Positions 1-8,023 of a stretch of DNA of 64,000 nucleotides are shown piece by piece (the stretch's first letter is position 1; each line of letters starts with the position of its first letter). Source of the stretch: a virus (taxonomy: Duplodnaviria; Caudoviricetes); the IMG/VR virus record IMGVR_UViG_3300044631_000780, positions 1,672 to 65,671 of that record; one strand, given 5' to 3'. A model generated the notes under the pieces. The model saw only the letters and a program-made list of their open reading frames with translations. It ran no database searches and had not been told where the DNA came from. Position numbers and translations under genes: made by a program.

Positions 1-157
1 ATTCTTCATAATGGGCAACAAAATCGCTCTCGTCGTGCTCATCAATGAACTCCAACATGTCATCGAGAGCATAATTCTCTTCTAGCAATTCATCAACCTT
101 CTCAACAGTGTCAGCGTTGAGAGTTTCCTTGTAGTTAGCAGTCAAGGTGATGGACAT
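1..157 (-). CDS. acidic early protein, 5' part only (runs off window); possibly ArdA-like
   Basis: Hand translation MSITLTANYKETLNADTVEKVDELLEENYALDDMLEFIDEHDESDFVAHYEE; lies downstream of promoter copy 1. The ArdA-like call is from memory of similar cyanophage proteins only. Confidence 0.6.
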   Translation of the reverse strand, partial: MSITLTANYKETLNADTVEKVDELLEENYALDDMLEFIDEHDESDFVAHYEE

Positions 158-272
158 GATGTAAAGAATTGGTTTGAGATGGGGTGCCGATCTCCCCTAC
201 AGCAGTGAAGGATCTTACCTAGGACCTGTCCGATGTCGGGTGGTTTCGCTAGGAGGGTTCGCTTCTGAAAGT

Positions 273-330
273 ATTATAGGGGGTGAGGGGGGCAGATCAA
301 CGGGGTCTGTGCCACCTCTTCAACTGTCAC
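273..330 (-). promoter_or_regulatory. early promoter element copy 1 (palindrome 309-330; -10 TATAAT 273-278)
   Basis: gtgccacct-cttc-aactgtcac, 30 nt from the -10 box; TTGATC -35-like hexamer. Confidence 0.8.
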
Positions 331-554
331 CCCCCACCGTAGACATAGGAGACAATGCCAGCAGGATGATTCACACCCTCAATGACAGTAAACTCTCCAT
401 ACTTATCGAAATCATCAGCATGATAATCACCAAACTCTTTGATGAAGAAAACCCGAGCATCTTCTTTAGACTCGGCAGCGATCACACACATGCCAGAGGT
501 ATAATCAGAAAGAACTTCGTTCAGGATGTACAGATTCATTGCTTTGTTGTTCAT
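327..554 (-). CDS. hypothetical early protein
   Basis: ORF track; stop codon falls inside palindrome copy 1. Confidence 0.75.
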   Translation of the reverse strand: MNNKAMNLYILNEVLSDYTSGMCVIAAESKEDARVFFIKEFGDYHADDFDKYGEFTVIEGVNHPAGIVSYVYGGG

Positions 555-560
555 GAGACT

Positions 561-618
561 AGTATGGCAGCAGATGGGGCAGTGTGGGGGGTTTGGTGGA
601 CAGTTCGGGGACTGTCAC
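561..618 (-). promoter_or_regulatory. early promoter element copy 2 (palindrome 597-618; -10 CATACT)
   Basis: tggacagtt-cggg-gactgtcac, 30-nt gap to -10. Confidence 0.8.
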
Positions 619-776
619 ATCCCGTTCAGGAAGTCTGCCAATGCCTCTTTATAGTCTGCCTCAGTCTCAAAGGTCCGACCATGGATAGTACGGGGGTACT
701 GTGCCTTAGGGGCAGGCGCCTTGCTGGGCTCCTTGCCCTGGGCGATGATCTGAGCGATGTAGGGGTTGTTTGTCAT
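615..776 (-). CDS. hypothetical 53-aa protein
   Basis: Hand translation MTNNPYIAQIIAQGKEPSKAPAPKAQYPRTIHGRTFETEADYKEALADFLNGM; TGA inside palindrome copy 2. Confidence 0.7.
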   Translation of the reverse strand: MTNNPYIAQIIAQGKEPSKAPAPKAQYPRTIHGRTFETEADYKEALADFLNGM

Positions 777-782
777 GTAGAC

Positions 783-841
783 ATTATAGACACAGGGGGA
801 GGCGATCTGTGGCAGTTGGTGGACAGTGCCTCAACTGGCAC
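783..841 (-). promoter_or_regulatory. early promoter element copy 3 (palindrome 820-841; -10 TATAAT)
   Basis: tggacagtg-cctc-aactggcac, 31-nt gap. Confidence 0.8.
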
Positions 842-861
842 ACGGGCGGCTGACCAGTTAG

Positions 862-1035
862 CTATACTTCCAGCAGTTCGGGATAGTATTGCTGAACCTC
901 TTCATTCAGCTCTTCATCACTATACTTATCGTATCCCTCCATCATGTAATCATAGCAGAGACACATCACAGTTTTGAGATCCATGTCATCCAACATCTGC
1001 TGGACAAGTTGTTCCTGAAGTTCTTTGCGATCCAT
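862..1035 (-). CDS. hypothetical 57-aa acidic protein
   Basis: Hand translation MDRKELQEQLVQQMLDDMDLK...YYPELLEV. Confidence 0.7.
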   Translation of the reverse strand: MDRKELQEQLVQQMLDDMDLKTVMCLCYDYMMEGYDKYSDEELNEEVQQYYPELLEV

Positions 1036-1060
1036 GAGTTTGTGTTAGTTAGTGGTAAAA

Positions 1061-1180
1061 TCAGTTTGCTTCATCAAAACCAGAAAGATCCCATCCTGGT
1101 TCTTCATTTTCTTCCTGAACTTGCTTCCAATCTTCTACATCGAAGATCTCACCAGGCATGTCAGCGATTTCATCCCACAT
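1061..1180 (-). CDS. hypothetical 39-aa acidic protein
   Basis: Hand translation MWDEIADMPGEIFDVEDWKQ...; follows promoter copy 4. Confidence 0.65.
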   Translation of the reverse strand: MWDEIADMPGEIFDVEDWKQVQEENEEPGWDLSGFDEAN

Positions 1181-1208
1181 TGTCGGTTCGTTTCGTGTTG
1201 ACTTTTAT

Positions 1209-1266
1209 AGTATGGCACCCCTCAGGGTCATTTGGTGGGATACTGTGCCACTTCATCAACTGGCAC
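1209..1266 (-). promoter_or_regulatory. early promoter element copy 4 (palindrome 1245-1266; -10 CATACT)
   Basis: gtgccactt-catc-aactggcac, 30-nt gap. Confidence 0.8.
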
Positions 1267-1461
1267 ATAATCTATCTCAACAACGCACCAACCTGACTTA
1301 TCACTGACAGCATCAGATAAGGCATCTTCATTATCAACATTCCACACAGTCTCAACATAACGAGATGCTAACAAGTCTGCCGTCTCAACAGCATCATACT
1401 CATTCCAATCTTCATCCTCAAGGTAACAATCAAAAACGATGTGAGTGATCTTCAGGTTCAT
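1228..1461 (-). CDS. hypothetical acidic protein
   Basis: ORF track; reads through palindrome copy 4. Confidence 0.7.
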   Translation of the reverse strand: MNLKITHIVFDCYLEDEDWNEYDAVETADLLASRYVETVWNVDNEDALSDAVSDKSGWCVVEIDYVPVDEVAQYPTK

Positions 1462-1482
1462 TGGTTTTGTGTTGATGTTGTT

Positions 1483-1540
1483 AGTATGGCATCAAATTGT
1501 GCCAGTTTCAAGTGATAGTGGACAGTTCAGAAACTGGCAC
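1483..1540 (-). promoter_or_regulatory. early promoter element copy 5 (palindrome 1519-1540; -10 CATACT)
   Basis: tggacagtt-caga-aactggcac, 30-nt gap. Confidence 0.8.
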
Positions 1541-1560
1541 AATTGAACTTGACTTGTAAA

Positions 1561-1692
1561 CTATTCTTGAGTAGTGTAATCTATCTCTACAAAGGTATAG
1601 AAATCATCGTAGATATCTTGATCACTATATCCATTCAAGTTATCTTCAAGCTGTTGTTCTTTCATCTCTTGATACATCTCTTGAATAGTCAT
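1561..1692 (-). CDS. hypothetical 43-aa acidic protein
   Basis: Hand translation MTIQEMYQEMKEQQLEDNLNGYSDQDIYDDFYTFVEIDYTTQE. Confidence 0.55.
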   Translation of the reverse strand: MTIQEMYQEMKEQQLEDNLNGYSDQDIYDDFYTFVEIDYTTQE

Positions 1693-1746
1693 AGTTAACT
1701 CCAAGTGTTGTTAATAGTATATTATAACATATGAGTTATAATTTAT

Positions 1747-1797
1747 AAAATATTAAAAATCTCAATATTTTTAATTTATTGAGATTTCTAATATTTT
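1747..1797. repeat. AT-rich inverted repeat (21-bp arms, 1 mismatch, 9-nt loop)
   Basis: aaaatattaaaaatctcaata / tattgagatttctaatatttt. Confidence 0.85.
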
Positions 1798-1806
1798 GAG
1801 ATTTTA

Positions 1807-2136
1807 CTAGTTCAGACGCATACCAGAAAAGAAAGGAACAGTGACTTTCTGATTTTTACAATCAGTGAAGGTAACAAACCAGGCGAAGTTCTTCTGGAAG
1901 ACACCATCACCAGGGCAACCATTCTCTGCCAGAATAGCATTCAGGCGAGACTTGGTGGTGTTGGATTGCCAACCACCATCAAAGATCTCAACCCAAGTCT
2001 CACCCACACGAGCAATCAGATTGCCATGCAGGAACACATCAGACACATTGCTGCAGCAGATCACCTCAGTGTTGGCAGACTTCCAATCCTTGCCTGCCTT
2101 GATAGCGGCGTTCATCTGGCGTTCGATCTTACGCAT
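1807..2136 (-). CDS. conserved cyanophage early protein (MRKIERQMN-type)
   Basis: ORF track; directly downstream of promoter copy 6. Confidence 0.8.
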   Translation of the reverse strand: MRKIERQMNAAIKAGKDWKSANTEVICCSNVSDVFLHGNLIARVGETWVEIFDGGWQSNTTKSRLNAILAENGCPGDGVFQKNFAWFVTFTDCKNQKVTVPFFSGMRLN

Positions 2137-2162
2137 TGGGGTGAATTCCCGACGACCTATGT

Positions 2163-2220
2163 AAGATATCAGGGATCAGGGGGCAGTGGGGCGATCAGTG
2201 GACAGTTCAGAAACTGTCAT
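2163..2220 (-). promoter_or_regulatory. early promoter element copy 6 (palindrome 2199-2220; -10 TATCTT)
   Basis: tggacagtt-caga-aactgtcat, 30-nt gap. Confidence 0.75.
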
Positions 2221-2368
2221 ACCACTCATCGTCTTTGGTCTTGAATTTGGTAACTTTCTTTTTAGATTGCCTACGAATGTTCTTCACATCGTAGCCGTAG
2301 TCTTCAAAATCATCGTCGAATTCTTTAAACTTATCGTTGCTGTTGTAGCGATAGTTTTTGTTGCTCAT
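2207..2368 (-). CDS. hypothetical 53-aa protein
   Basis: Hand translation MSNKNYRYNSNDKFKEFDDDFEDYGYDVKNIRRQSKKKVTKFKTKDDEWYDSF; ends in palindrome copy 6. Confidence 0.65.
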   Translation of the reverse strand: MSNKNYRYNSNDKFKEFDDDFEDYGYDVKNIRRQSKKKVTKFKTKDDEWYDSF

Positions 2369-2400
2369 TGTCTTGGGTTTTAGTTACTCAAACTGTGTGA

Positions 2401-2649
2401 TTATTTAGATTGAACTAGGACTTTATCTTTGATCTGTTGGTTAATAAAACGACCAACAGATCCACTAGATTGTTCTAGTTCAATACCAATGAGTTCTTTA
2501 CTCAAATTCTGTTCAAATTCTTCTACATTTTCACAGTTAAATGTATATTCTTTGTCAATATTACTATTATACACCACTTTCACTACATTTTCTTCAATAG
2601 TAACACTATTAATAGCTGTACTATTGAAATTAGTAAAGGTTTTAGTCAT
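2401..2649 (-). CDS. KTSC-like domain protein
   Basis: STAINSV...KEYTF...SVGRFINQQIK matches the KTSC pattern (SS.I..V.Y...Y.Y...S.G.YFN..IK). Confidence 0.6.
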   Translation of the reverse strand: MTKTFTNFNSTAINSVTIEENVVKVVYNSNIDKEYTFNCENVEEFEQNLSKELIGIELEQSSGSVGRFINQQIKDKVLVQSK

Positions 2650-2679
2650 GTGTGTGTTAATCTTTAACGTTTAAGGGAT

Positions 2680-2805
2680 AAAAAAACAGAAAAACTCAAA
2701 AAACTTAAAAAACTTAATTTCTCAATTTTTCAAAAAACTTAAAAAACGAGATTTTTGACTTTTTAAGATTTTGAGTTTTCCACAATTTCCACAGGTTGTG
2801 GAAAA
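2680..2805. other. candidate replication origin: A-tract repeats plus three DnaA-box-like 9-mers
   Basis: TTTTCCACA 2776-2784, ATTTCCACA 2785-2793 and TGTGGAAAA 2797-2805, next to repeated aaaaaactt tracts in a non-coding gap. Confidence 0.45.
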
Positions 2806-2807
2806 CC

Positions 2808-2975
2808 TCAGAGGGACATCGCCTTCAGCATAACCACTTTAGCATACTGTAGGGCATTCTGTCTATCACCTGCCTCGTATGCTTGAATGAATTCCTCACA
2901 GACTTTCTGATTGTCCAGGGCAATCTTCTGCTGAGGGGTCAGGGGTTTCTCAATAACCTCAGTCGTGGTGAGCAT
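2808..2975 (-). CDS. hypothetical 55-aa protein
   Basis: Hand translation MLTTTEVIEKPLTPQQKIALDNQK...; follows promoter copy 7. Confidence 0.65.
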   Translation of the reverse strand: MLTTTEVIEKPLTPQQKIALDNQKVCEEFIQAYEAGDRQNALQYAKVVMLKAMSL

Positions 2976-3000
2976 TTGTGTGTCTCTCGATTACCTAGGT

Positions 3001-3058
3001 AGTATAAGGCACCTAGGAGGTCCTCTGAGGGGTTTTGTGACACTTTGAGTACTGGCAC
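3001..3058 (-). promoter_or_regulatory. early promoter element copy 7 (palindrome 3037-3058; -10 TATACT)
   Basis: gtgacactt-tgag-tactggcac, 30-nt gap. Confidence 0.8.
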
Positions 3059-3676
3059 ACCTGAACTTGACTTTCGATAGGTTACACGCTAAGACAACAA
3101 CACCTCCGCTCGATTCAGTTCTCTTCCTCTGTATCACTCGGTCATACTATATTTTTTTAACCATTTATTATTATTGATTCTCAATAACCTCAACCTTATT
3201 GAGAACCCTTGGTATAACTAGCGCGGAAGCACCTTGACAACAACGATCGTAGATCGTTTTTACTTGTTGATTCTCAATATCACTCTTGTTGAGATGATAT
3301 AATTGAGGCCATGTATCTCGTATGATTTCTGCTAGTTTGTAGGGTGTATTCTCGTCAATCATTCTTCTTGACAACTGCGATAACTTTCTTATCTGGGTGT
3401 AAGTATTTAATTACATCTCTAGCATCATCATAATCAATAGCATCTTCTACTGAATAATAACATACCATCTTGTTGTTATCATCCCATGCTTGTACTTCGT
3501 ATGTCATCGTTTTTTCTTTCTATCTATGACTTCTACATGTGATAGGAATTCTTTTGGTGTTTGAAACCAACGTGCTTGTAGTTCATCATACCATTCATAC
3601 TGTTCTACCTTACCATTTGTTAGATAGAGTTTATACTTGTGTCTATCGTATGGTTGATTACATGTTTGAGTGAATG

Positions 3677-3883
3677 TCATTTGAGTTGTTCTAATTCTTT
3701 TGACAGTGTGATGAGATCATTTCTATCAAGAACCTCTAGATTATTCATGGTAGATGCCTTGTATGTTTTTACATGAAATACTAGTTTGCGTAGGATAGCA
3801 GCTACAAGTTTATTTTCTGTATCTGCCCATGTATTTCTTTCATTCCATACTTGGTCCATGAATTGTTGTGCTCTAAGTGTCAT
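3677..3883 (-). CDS. hypothetical protein
   Basis: ORF track; tiles with neighbours. Confidence 0.7.
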   Translation of the reverse strand: MTLRAQQFMDQVWNERNTWADTENKLVAAILRKLVFHVKTYKASTMNNLEVLDRNDLITLSKELEQLK

Positions 3884-4505
3884 GATGAATGATGTTGTAA
3901 ATGTAATGATCGGACGTTTCGAATGATCGTTTGTTCTCTACTGAATAGACTGTGGTATCAATTTCGTATCCAGGATTTTGTGTGAGACGATTAAATGTCC
4001 ATGAACTATCATACCATACAATTCTATTATTTGGGTATGCGTAGTAATTACCTGTTTCCACTTTGAATAGATGGGCACATTTATGTTCTGGTGTTTCTGA
4101 GAAATTAAAATCAGTCATGGCTTTGTTTTCAAATCCCCAGTCAAGAGTGAACATGTATTCACCTTTCACTTTTATGTTATCAGGTCGAATGAGTTCAGCT
4201 TGTAGTCCAGCAAGACGATTTCTGCGTTGAACATCAATGTAGGAAGAGAAACAATCCCAGTACATGATTTGTTCAAGTGGTTCTATTTCAGCATCTGGTT
4301 TCCAACAGAGGGAATGAAGAGGTCTACGTGTCCAGTTCACACCATTTTCTAACAACACTTCAAACAATGGCACACGCTTTTCAATTGAGGCAACTGAATG
4401 TACATTACACAGACTGACTTCTTTGTGTCCTTTCTTATGATTATACAAGAACTCATTGCGAACATAGCAAGTCCAGTCTGGTAAGTTATGATTTAAATAT
4501 CCCAT
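3873..4505 (-). CDS. conserved phage hypothetical protein
   Basis: 210-aa ORF with YLNHNLP...FTLDW...EHKCAH...YPNNR motifs. Confidence 0.8.
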   Translation of the reverse strand: MGYLNHNLPDWTCYVRNEFLYNHKKGHKEVSLCNVHSVASIEKRVPLFEVLLENGVNWTRRPLHSLCWKPDAEIEPLEQIMYWDCFSSYIDVQRRNRLAGLQAELIRPDNIKVKGEYMFTLDWGFENKAMTDFNFSETPEHKCAHLFKVETGNYYAYPNNRIVWYDSSWTFNRLTQNPGYEIDTTVYSVENKRSFETSDHYIYNIIHHDT

Positions 4506-4684
4506 TCTTCGTATCGTGTATTAATTCTACCATTATTGAGAAAGATGTTTAGATGACCAGTTCTGTTGTCTGGGAAGTAGAATGCCATCCATACATGTTC
4601 ACCTTCATCCATCACTTCATAATGGTATGATTTGATGTTATCAAGGAGGAATTCGTCTGGATTAAAGAGTGTTTTATCGTCCAT
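4493..4684 (-). CDS. hypothetical protein
   Basis: ORF track; overlaps both neighbours. Confidence 0.7.
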   Translation of the reverse strand: MDDKTLFNPDEFLLDNIKSYHYEVMDEGEHVWMAFYFPDNRTGHLNIFLNNGRINTRYEEWDI

Positions 4685-4983
4685 TATGAGTAATTAACGT
4701 GTAAGTGTGCTTGCCAGGTGAAGAATGGTTGATCTCTACGATTGATTTGAACCTTTACATGTGGTGGAATAAGTTCTGAATACTTCTCCAGAAACTCTCC
4801 CTCTGTAAGTTCATCAAATCCATGTAGATAATGATCATCAGGAACAAACTTTGCAAATCTTTCATATTCACGATCTCGGTCAATCAATGGATAATTACGA
4901 CAGATTTGTAGCCAATACGATCGTCCTTCACCAGTGGCAAAATAATCAATCGCAAAGAAACGATAGAATGGTTCGTCAGTCAT
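4684..4983 (-). CDS. hypothetical protein
   Basis: ORF track. Confidence 0.7.
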   Translation of the reverse strand: MTDEPFYRFFAIDYFATGEGRSYWLQICRNYPLIDRDREYERFAKFVPDDHYLHGFDELTEGEFLEKYSELIPPHVKVQINRRDQPFFTWQAHLHVNYS

Positions 4984-5044
4984 TGTCCTACACTAGAAAT
5001 AAAGATAATAAAAGCAATTCCCACCACAGCAGCAAATAGAATAT

Positions 5045-5476
5045 TCATTCTTTTGGTCCCCAGGTTTGTTTTACTCTATTCAGAAATGAAATGGATTGTT
5101 GATACAGTGCTTCAATCAGATCTTCGATATCTGTAATGGCAATTTGATTGTATTCTTGATTGAGATATTCACACCGTAGGGCATCAATCATAGATTGTAG
5201 AGTAATCATCTGTTGTTGTTCTGGTGTGACGGGTGTGCCATGTGGCAAACTGGCACATTCCATGTTGTAATAATCGTTGTATCGTTGTAGAACACGGTTG
5301 CTCTTTTCCCTACGCTCAGCTTCTTCAAACATGGCATCGGGGTATGGTTCTTGATTGTTCATCAGTTGTTTCAGTCGTTGTTTACCGTATTCCGTGAGTT
5401 CATGTTTCTTTGCGCGGAGTTCATCTACTTCTTCTTGTGTGAGATTCACCCACGGCATATCTTCGTTTAATCCCAT
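5045..5476 (-). CDS. hypothetical protein
   Basis: ORF track. Confidence 0.7.
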   Translation of the reverse strand: MGLNEDMPWVNLTQEEVDELRAKKHELTEYGKQRLKQLMNNQEPYPDAMFEEAERREKSNRVLQRYNDYYNMECASLPHGTPVTPEQQQMITLQSMIDALRCEYLNQEYNQIAITDIEDLIEALYQQSISFLNRVKQTWGPKE

Positions 5477-5661
5477 GGTGCTTTGCGGTTCATAATTTTC
5501 CTGATGCTCTCGATTTGTTCTGGTGTTGGTGGTCGGTTAATCATCTCTACCAGTCTATCATAAGCTTCCTTGGAAACATAGATCTTTTCAGGGTTTTCAA
5601 ACATCTTCTTCCACATTTCCTCCTCTGAAAGTTCGTTTGAATGTTTCCCAGGCTTGATCAT
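5467..5661 (-). CDS. DUF1778/TacA antitoxin C-terminal-like protein
   Basis: KIYVSKEAYDRLVEMINRPPTP...IRKIMNRKAPWD resembles the DUF1778 C-terminal half; start chosen at MIKPG. Confidence 0.5.
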   Translation of the reverse strand: MIKPGKHSNELSEEEMWKKMFENPEKIYVSKEAYDRLVEMINRPPTPEQIESIRKIMNRKAPWD

Positions 5662-5762
5662 TTGCTTTATCCTGTTCAAAAGCAAACCGATAGTCATTTT
5701 CATTCTGAATAGCATATTTAATCTCCGCTTGTATCAGAGTGCGTAAAAGATCAATTTGTTGG

Positions 5763-6104
5763 TCAGTCATGATTGGTCCTCATCAAATAATTTTCTGCCA
5801 TCTTGATACCATCTAGGTTGTCACCCAACATACCAATGCCAGTGTTACATTTTCTACAAATCCAACCTCTGTATTGTCCTGTCTCATGACAATGATCAAT
5901 CAACAATCCATCAGTTATTTTACCACAACAATCACATTTGTTTGGTTTGGGATGTACTTTTTTGAGTGCTTTGACTTCTTGTTGATGTCTCTTGGTACAA
6001 CTCTTACAGTATGGGCTGAGATTATCACCCTTACAACGGTTCACACCAAAATGTGACAATGGAAGATCTTGTTTACAACCAGAACAGTATTTTTGATTAG
6101 TCAT
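5763..6104 (-). CDS. endonuclease VII-like HNH nuclease
   Basis: CxxC pairs and IDHCHETGQYRGWICRKCNTGIG (Endonuclease_7 motif). Confidence 0.85.
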   Translation of the reverse strand: MTNQKYCSGCKQDLPLSHFGVNRCKGDNLSPYCKSCTKRHQQEVKALKKVHPKPNKCDCCGKITDGLLIDHCHETGQYRGWICRKCNTGIGMLGDNLDGIKMAENYLMRTNHD

Positions 6105-6372
6105 ACGGTTGCTGTGGATCTTTTTTCCAAACTTCTTTGTAGATAATCCAAGGCTCTACATTTGTTTCCATTTGTGCTGACCAGTGCATTCCATTCTCAT
6201 CAACAGCATCAAGATAATGAATGCGTGTCTTAGGATCAATTGTGCGTGTGACAGAAATAAACTTTACTTTGTTCATAGTAAATACACCATCTTTCTTTGC
6301 TTGTTTCATAGCATTACGGAGACCTTCATTCACCTGCTCTGGTGTTTGTGGTGTTGGTTGATATTCAGTCAT
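6097..6372 (-). CDS. hypothetical protein
   Basis: ORF track. Confidence 0.65.
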   Translation of the reverse strand: MTEYQPTPQTPEQVNEGLRNAMKQAKKDGVFTMNKVKFISVTRTIDPKTRIHYLDAVDENGMHWSAQMETNVEPWIIYKEVWKKDPQQPYD

Positions 6373-6596
6373 TTCCTATCACCCCATAGCTGCTCAAAAT
6401 GCTTACCATCTCTACCACAATACATCTCAAAATCTCTGGCATTTTCACAACTTTGACTTTTTTTGTCTCCAGTTATAAAATCACCAGTTACGATGGGATT
6501 ATAGCACCGATCAAGTGAGTTGTTCCCAAAAAGATGACCCAACCAGCTTTTCCTATAATAGAGACAATCTTTACATAGTTTACGTTGTTCAGTCAT
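6369..6596 (-). CDS. Cys-rich hypothetical protein
   Basis: ORF track; CKDC...C...C...CG. Confidence 0.7.
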   Translation of the reverse strand: MTEQRKLCKDCLYYRKSWLGHLFGNNSLDRCYNPIVTGDFITGDKKSQSCENARDFEMYCGRDGKHFEQLWGDRK

Positions 6597-6597
6597 T

Positions 6598-6801
6598 TCA
6601 GTTCTTAAAGAGTTTGTAAATTGCGTCTGCTACTGCGAGTGCCTCTTCTTTTTCCATAGTAATGTGAGTATGTCGTTTTCCATCTTGCCAATAGGAAATA
6701 GTACAACCATCCATACTGGTGACAATATTTGAGTCTTCAACTGTGTAATACCATTCCTCATCAGGAAGGATGTTGATACAGGTGCTGGTGTCAATTGCCA
6801 T
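6598..6801 (-). CDS. hypothetical protein
   Basis: ORF track; start moved to MAIDTS, downstream of promoter copy 8. Confidence 0.7.
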   Translation of the reverse strand: MAIDTSTCINILPDEEWYYTVEDSNIVTSMDGCTISYWQDGKRHTHITMEKEEALAVADAIYKLFKN

Positions 6802-6826
6802 TTGGAGTTCCTTTGTGTATGAGAGT

Positions 6827-6884
6827 ATTATAGACCAAAAGACCACCAACCTCAAGGGTCAGTGGTCAGTTCGTCAAGTGTCCA
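6827..6884 (-). promoter_or_regulatory. early promoter element copy 8 (palindrome 6863-6884; -10 TATAAT)
   Basis: tggtcagtt-cgtc-aagtgtcca, 30-nt gap. Confidence 0.75.
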
Positions 6885-7088
6885 TCAACCTCCAACATCA
6901 GCAGAAACAACAATAGGTTCTACATCACTACAAACAACTTCTACATTCATAGTTGCCATAATCTCAATAATATCATTCATAGTTCGTTCTCTGGTTTCTG
7001 GGGTAAATCCACCACTAAAATTTTGAATTCGCAAACTATGATTGAGAGTATCTACAATCACCATCAAATCAGCAGCACGTAGTTTCAT
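6885..7088 (-). CDS. hypothetical protein
   Basis: ORF track; 4-nt overlap with upstream gene. Confidence 0.7.
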   Translation of the reverse strand: MKLRAADLMVIVDTLNHSLRIQNFSGGFTPETRERTMNDIIEIMATMNVEVVCSDVEPIVVSADVGG

Positions 7089-7660
7089 TTCTCATCCCTC
7101 CATTCAAATCCCATAAGTCGTTTCACAAACCAACGAAAAACTACATTTGGCTTCTTGTCCATATAAAACCTATAATTTCCACCATCAAGACCATAATATC
7201 CCACACCAGTATTTCCTCTGACCACAAAGGATGCGTTAGTGCTAATGGTACTACTCACACCAAGAGTAGAGTAATCTAATTTACCTACTGTAAGTTTGAG
7301 TGGGAAACTACCATATTTTTTTGCGTATTCAATATCCTCAATAATCTTGGTAATCTTTTTACTAAACTGATACTCTTGATAGTATTTAAGTTGTGCGAAC
7401 TTATACTCTACATCTTCAATCTGTTTATCAATCTTCTTATCAAACTCTTGTTGAATTTCTTCTAATGATTTGCGTGGATACTCAAACTTGAATTCTTGCG
7501 GAGGATTTGGGATAGTGAAGTATTCTTTGAGGAGTTCATACTGTTCGTTGCCTTCTTCAGCAGAAGCATACAAGTTCATACACTGAAAGACATTTCGCAC
7601 ATCTTTGAGTGTTTTGATTTTACTTGTGTCTAATTTATGGTTTAGTCGGTTTTCAGTCAT
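7085..7660 (-). CDS. hypothetical protein
   Basis: ORF track; 4-nt overlaps on both sides. Confidence 0.75.
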   Translation of the reverse strand: MTENRLNHKLDTSKIKTLKDVRNVFQCMNLYASAEEGNEQYELLKEYFTIPNPPQEFKFEYPRKSLEEIQQEFDKKIDKQIEDVEYKFAQLKYYQEYQFSKKITKIIEDIEYAKKYGSFPLKLTVGKLDYSTLGVSSTISTNASFVVRGNTGVGYYGLDGGNYRFYMDKKPNVVFRWFVKRLMGFEWRDEK

Positions 7661-7863
7661 TTCTCAAAAAGTTTTTCAAGTTGTCGTCTTTGTTTATTCA
7701 GTTCCTTAGAGTTCTTTCTTTCAAAAGCAAATCTGTCTATATGTCCGCAGATTTCTTTTTCTTCTGCGGTCATATCCATATTATGTTTTTCTTTCAGGAT
7801 AATAATAACTTTCAAATCTTTGAGAACACTATCTGGAATATCTAAAAACTCTTCGTAAGTCAT
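7657..7863 (-). CDS. hypothetical protein
   Basis: ORF track. Confidence 0.7.
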   Translation of the reverse strand: MTYEEFLDIPDSVLKDLKVIIILKEKHNMDMTAEEKEICGHIDRFAFERKNSKELNKQRRQLEKLFEK

Positions 7864-8023
7864 CGTTCAGCAACCACGATAAAGTCATTCATAGAAATAC
7901 TCCTCTTACTTTTAGCAAGAATACCTTGATTTGGGAAATAAGGAACTGCTACAAGATTATAGAATGGTCTCAACTGCTCATAGAGAGTATAAAGGTGTCC
8001 GTCTTTCTTGTATCGGTAGAGTT

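Noticed and set aside
174-977. 267-aa plus-strand ORF
   Set aside because: Antisense to several minus-strand genes and three promoter elements; no recognisable motifs.
309-3058. Repeated 22-bp palindromes read as a CRISPR array
   Set aside because: Copies are degenerate, spaced hundreds of nt apart by genes and tied to -10 boxes; no cas genes in the window.
3171-3374. 67-aa ORF next to the candidate origin
   Set aside because: Not listed as a feature: TTG start, and its 3' half runs through the TCTCAATA inverted repeats. A shorter real gene cannot be excluded.
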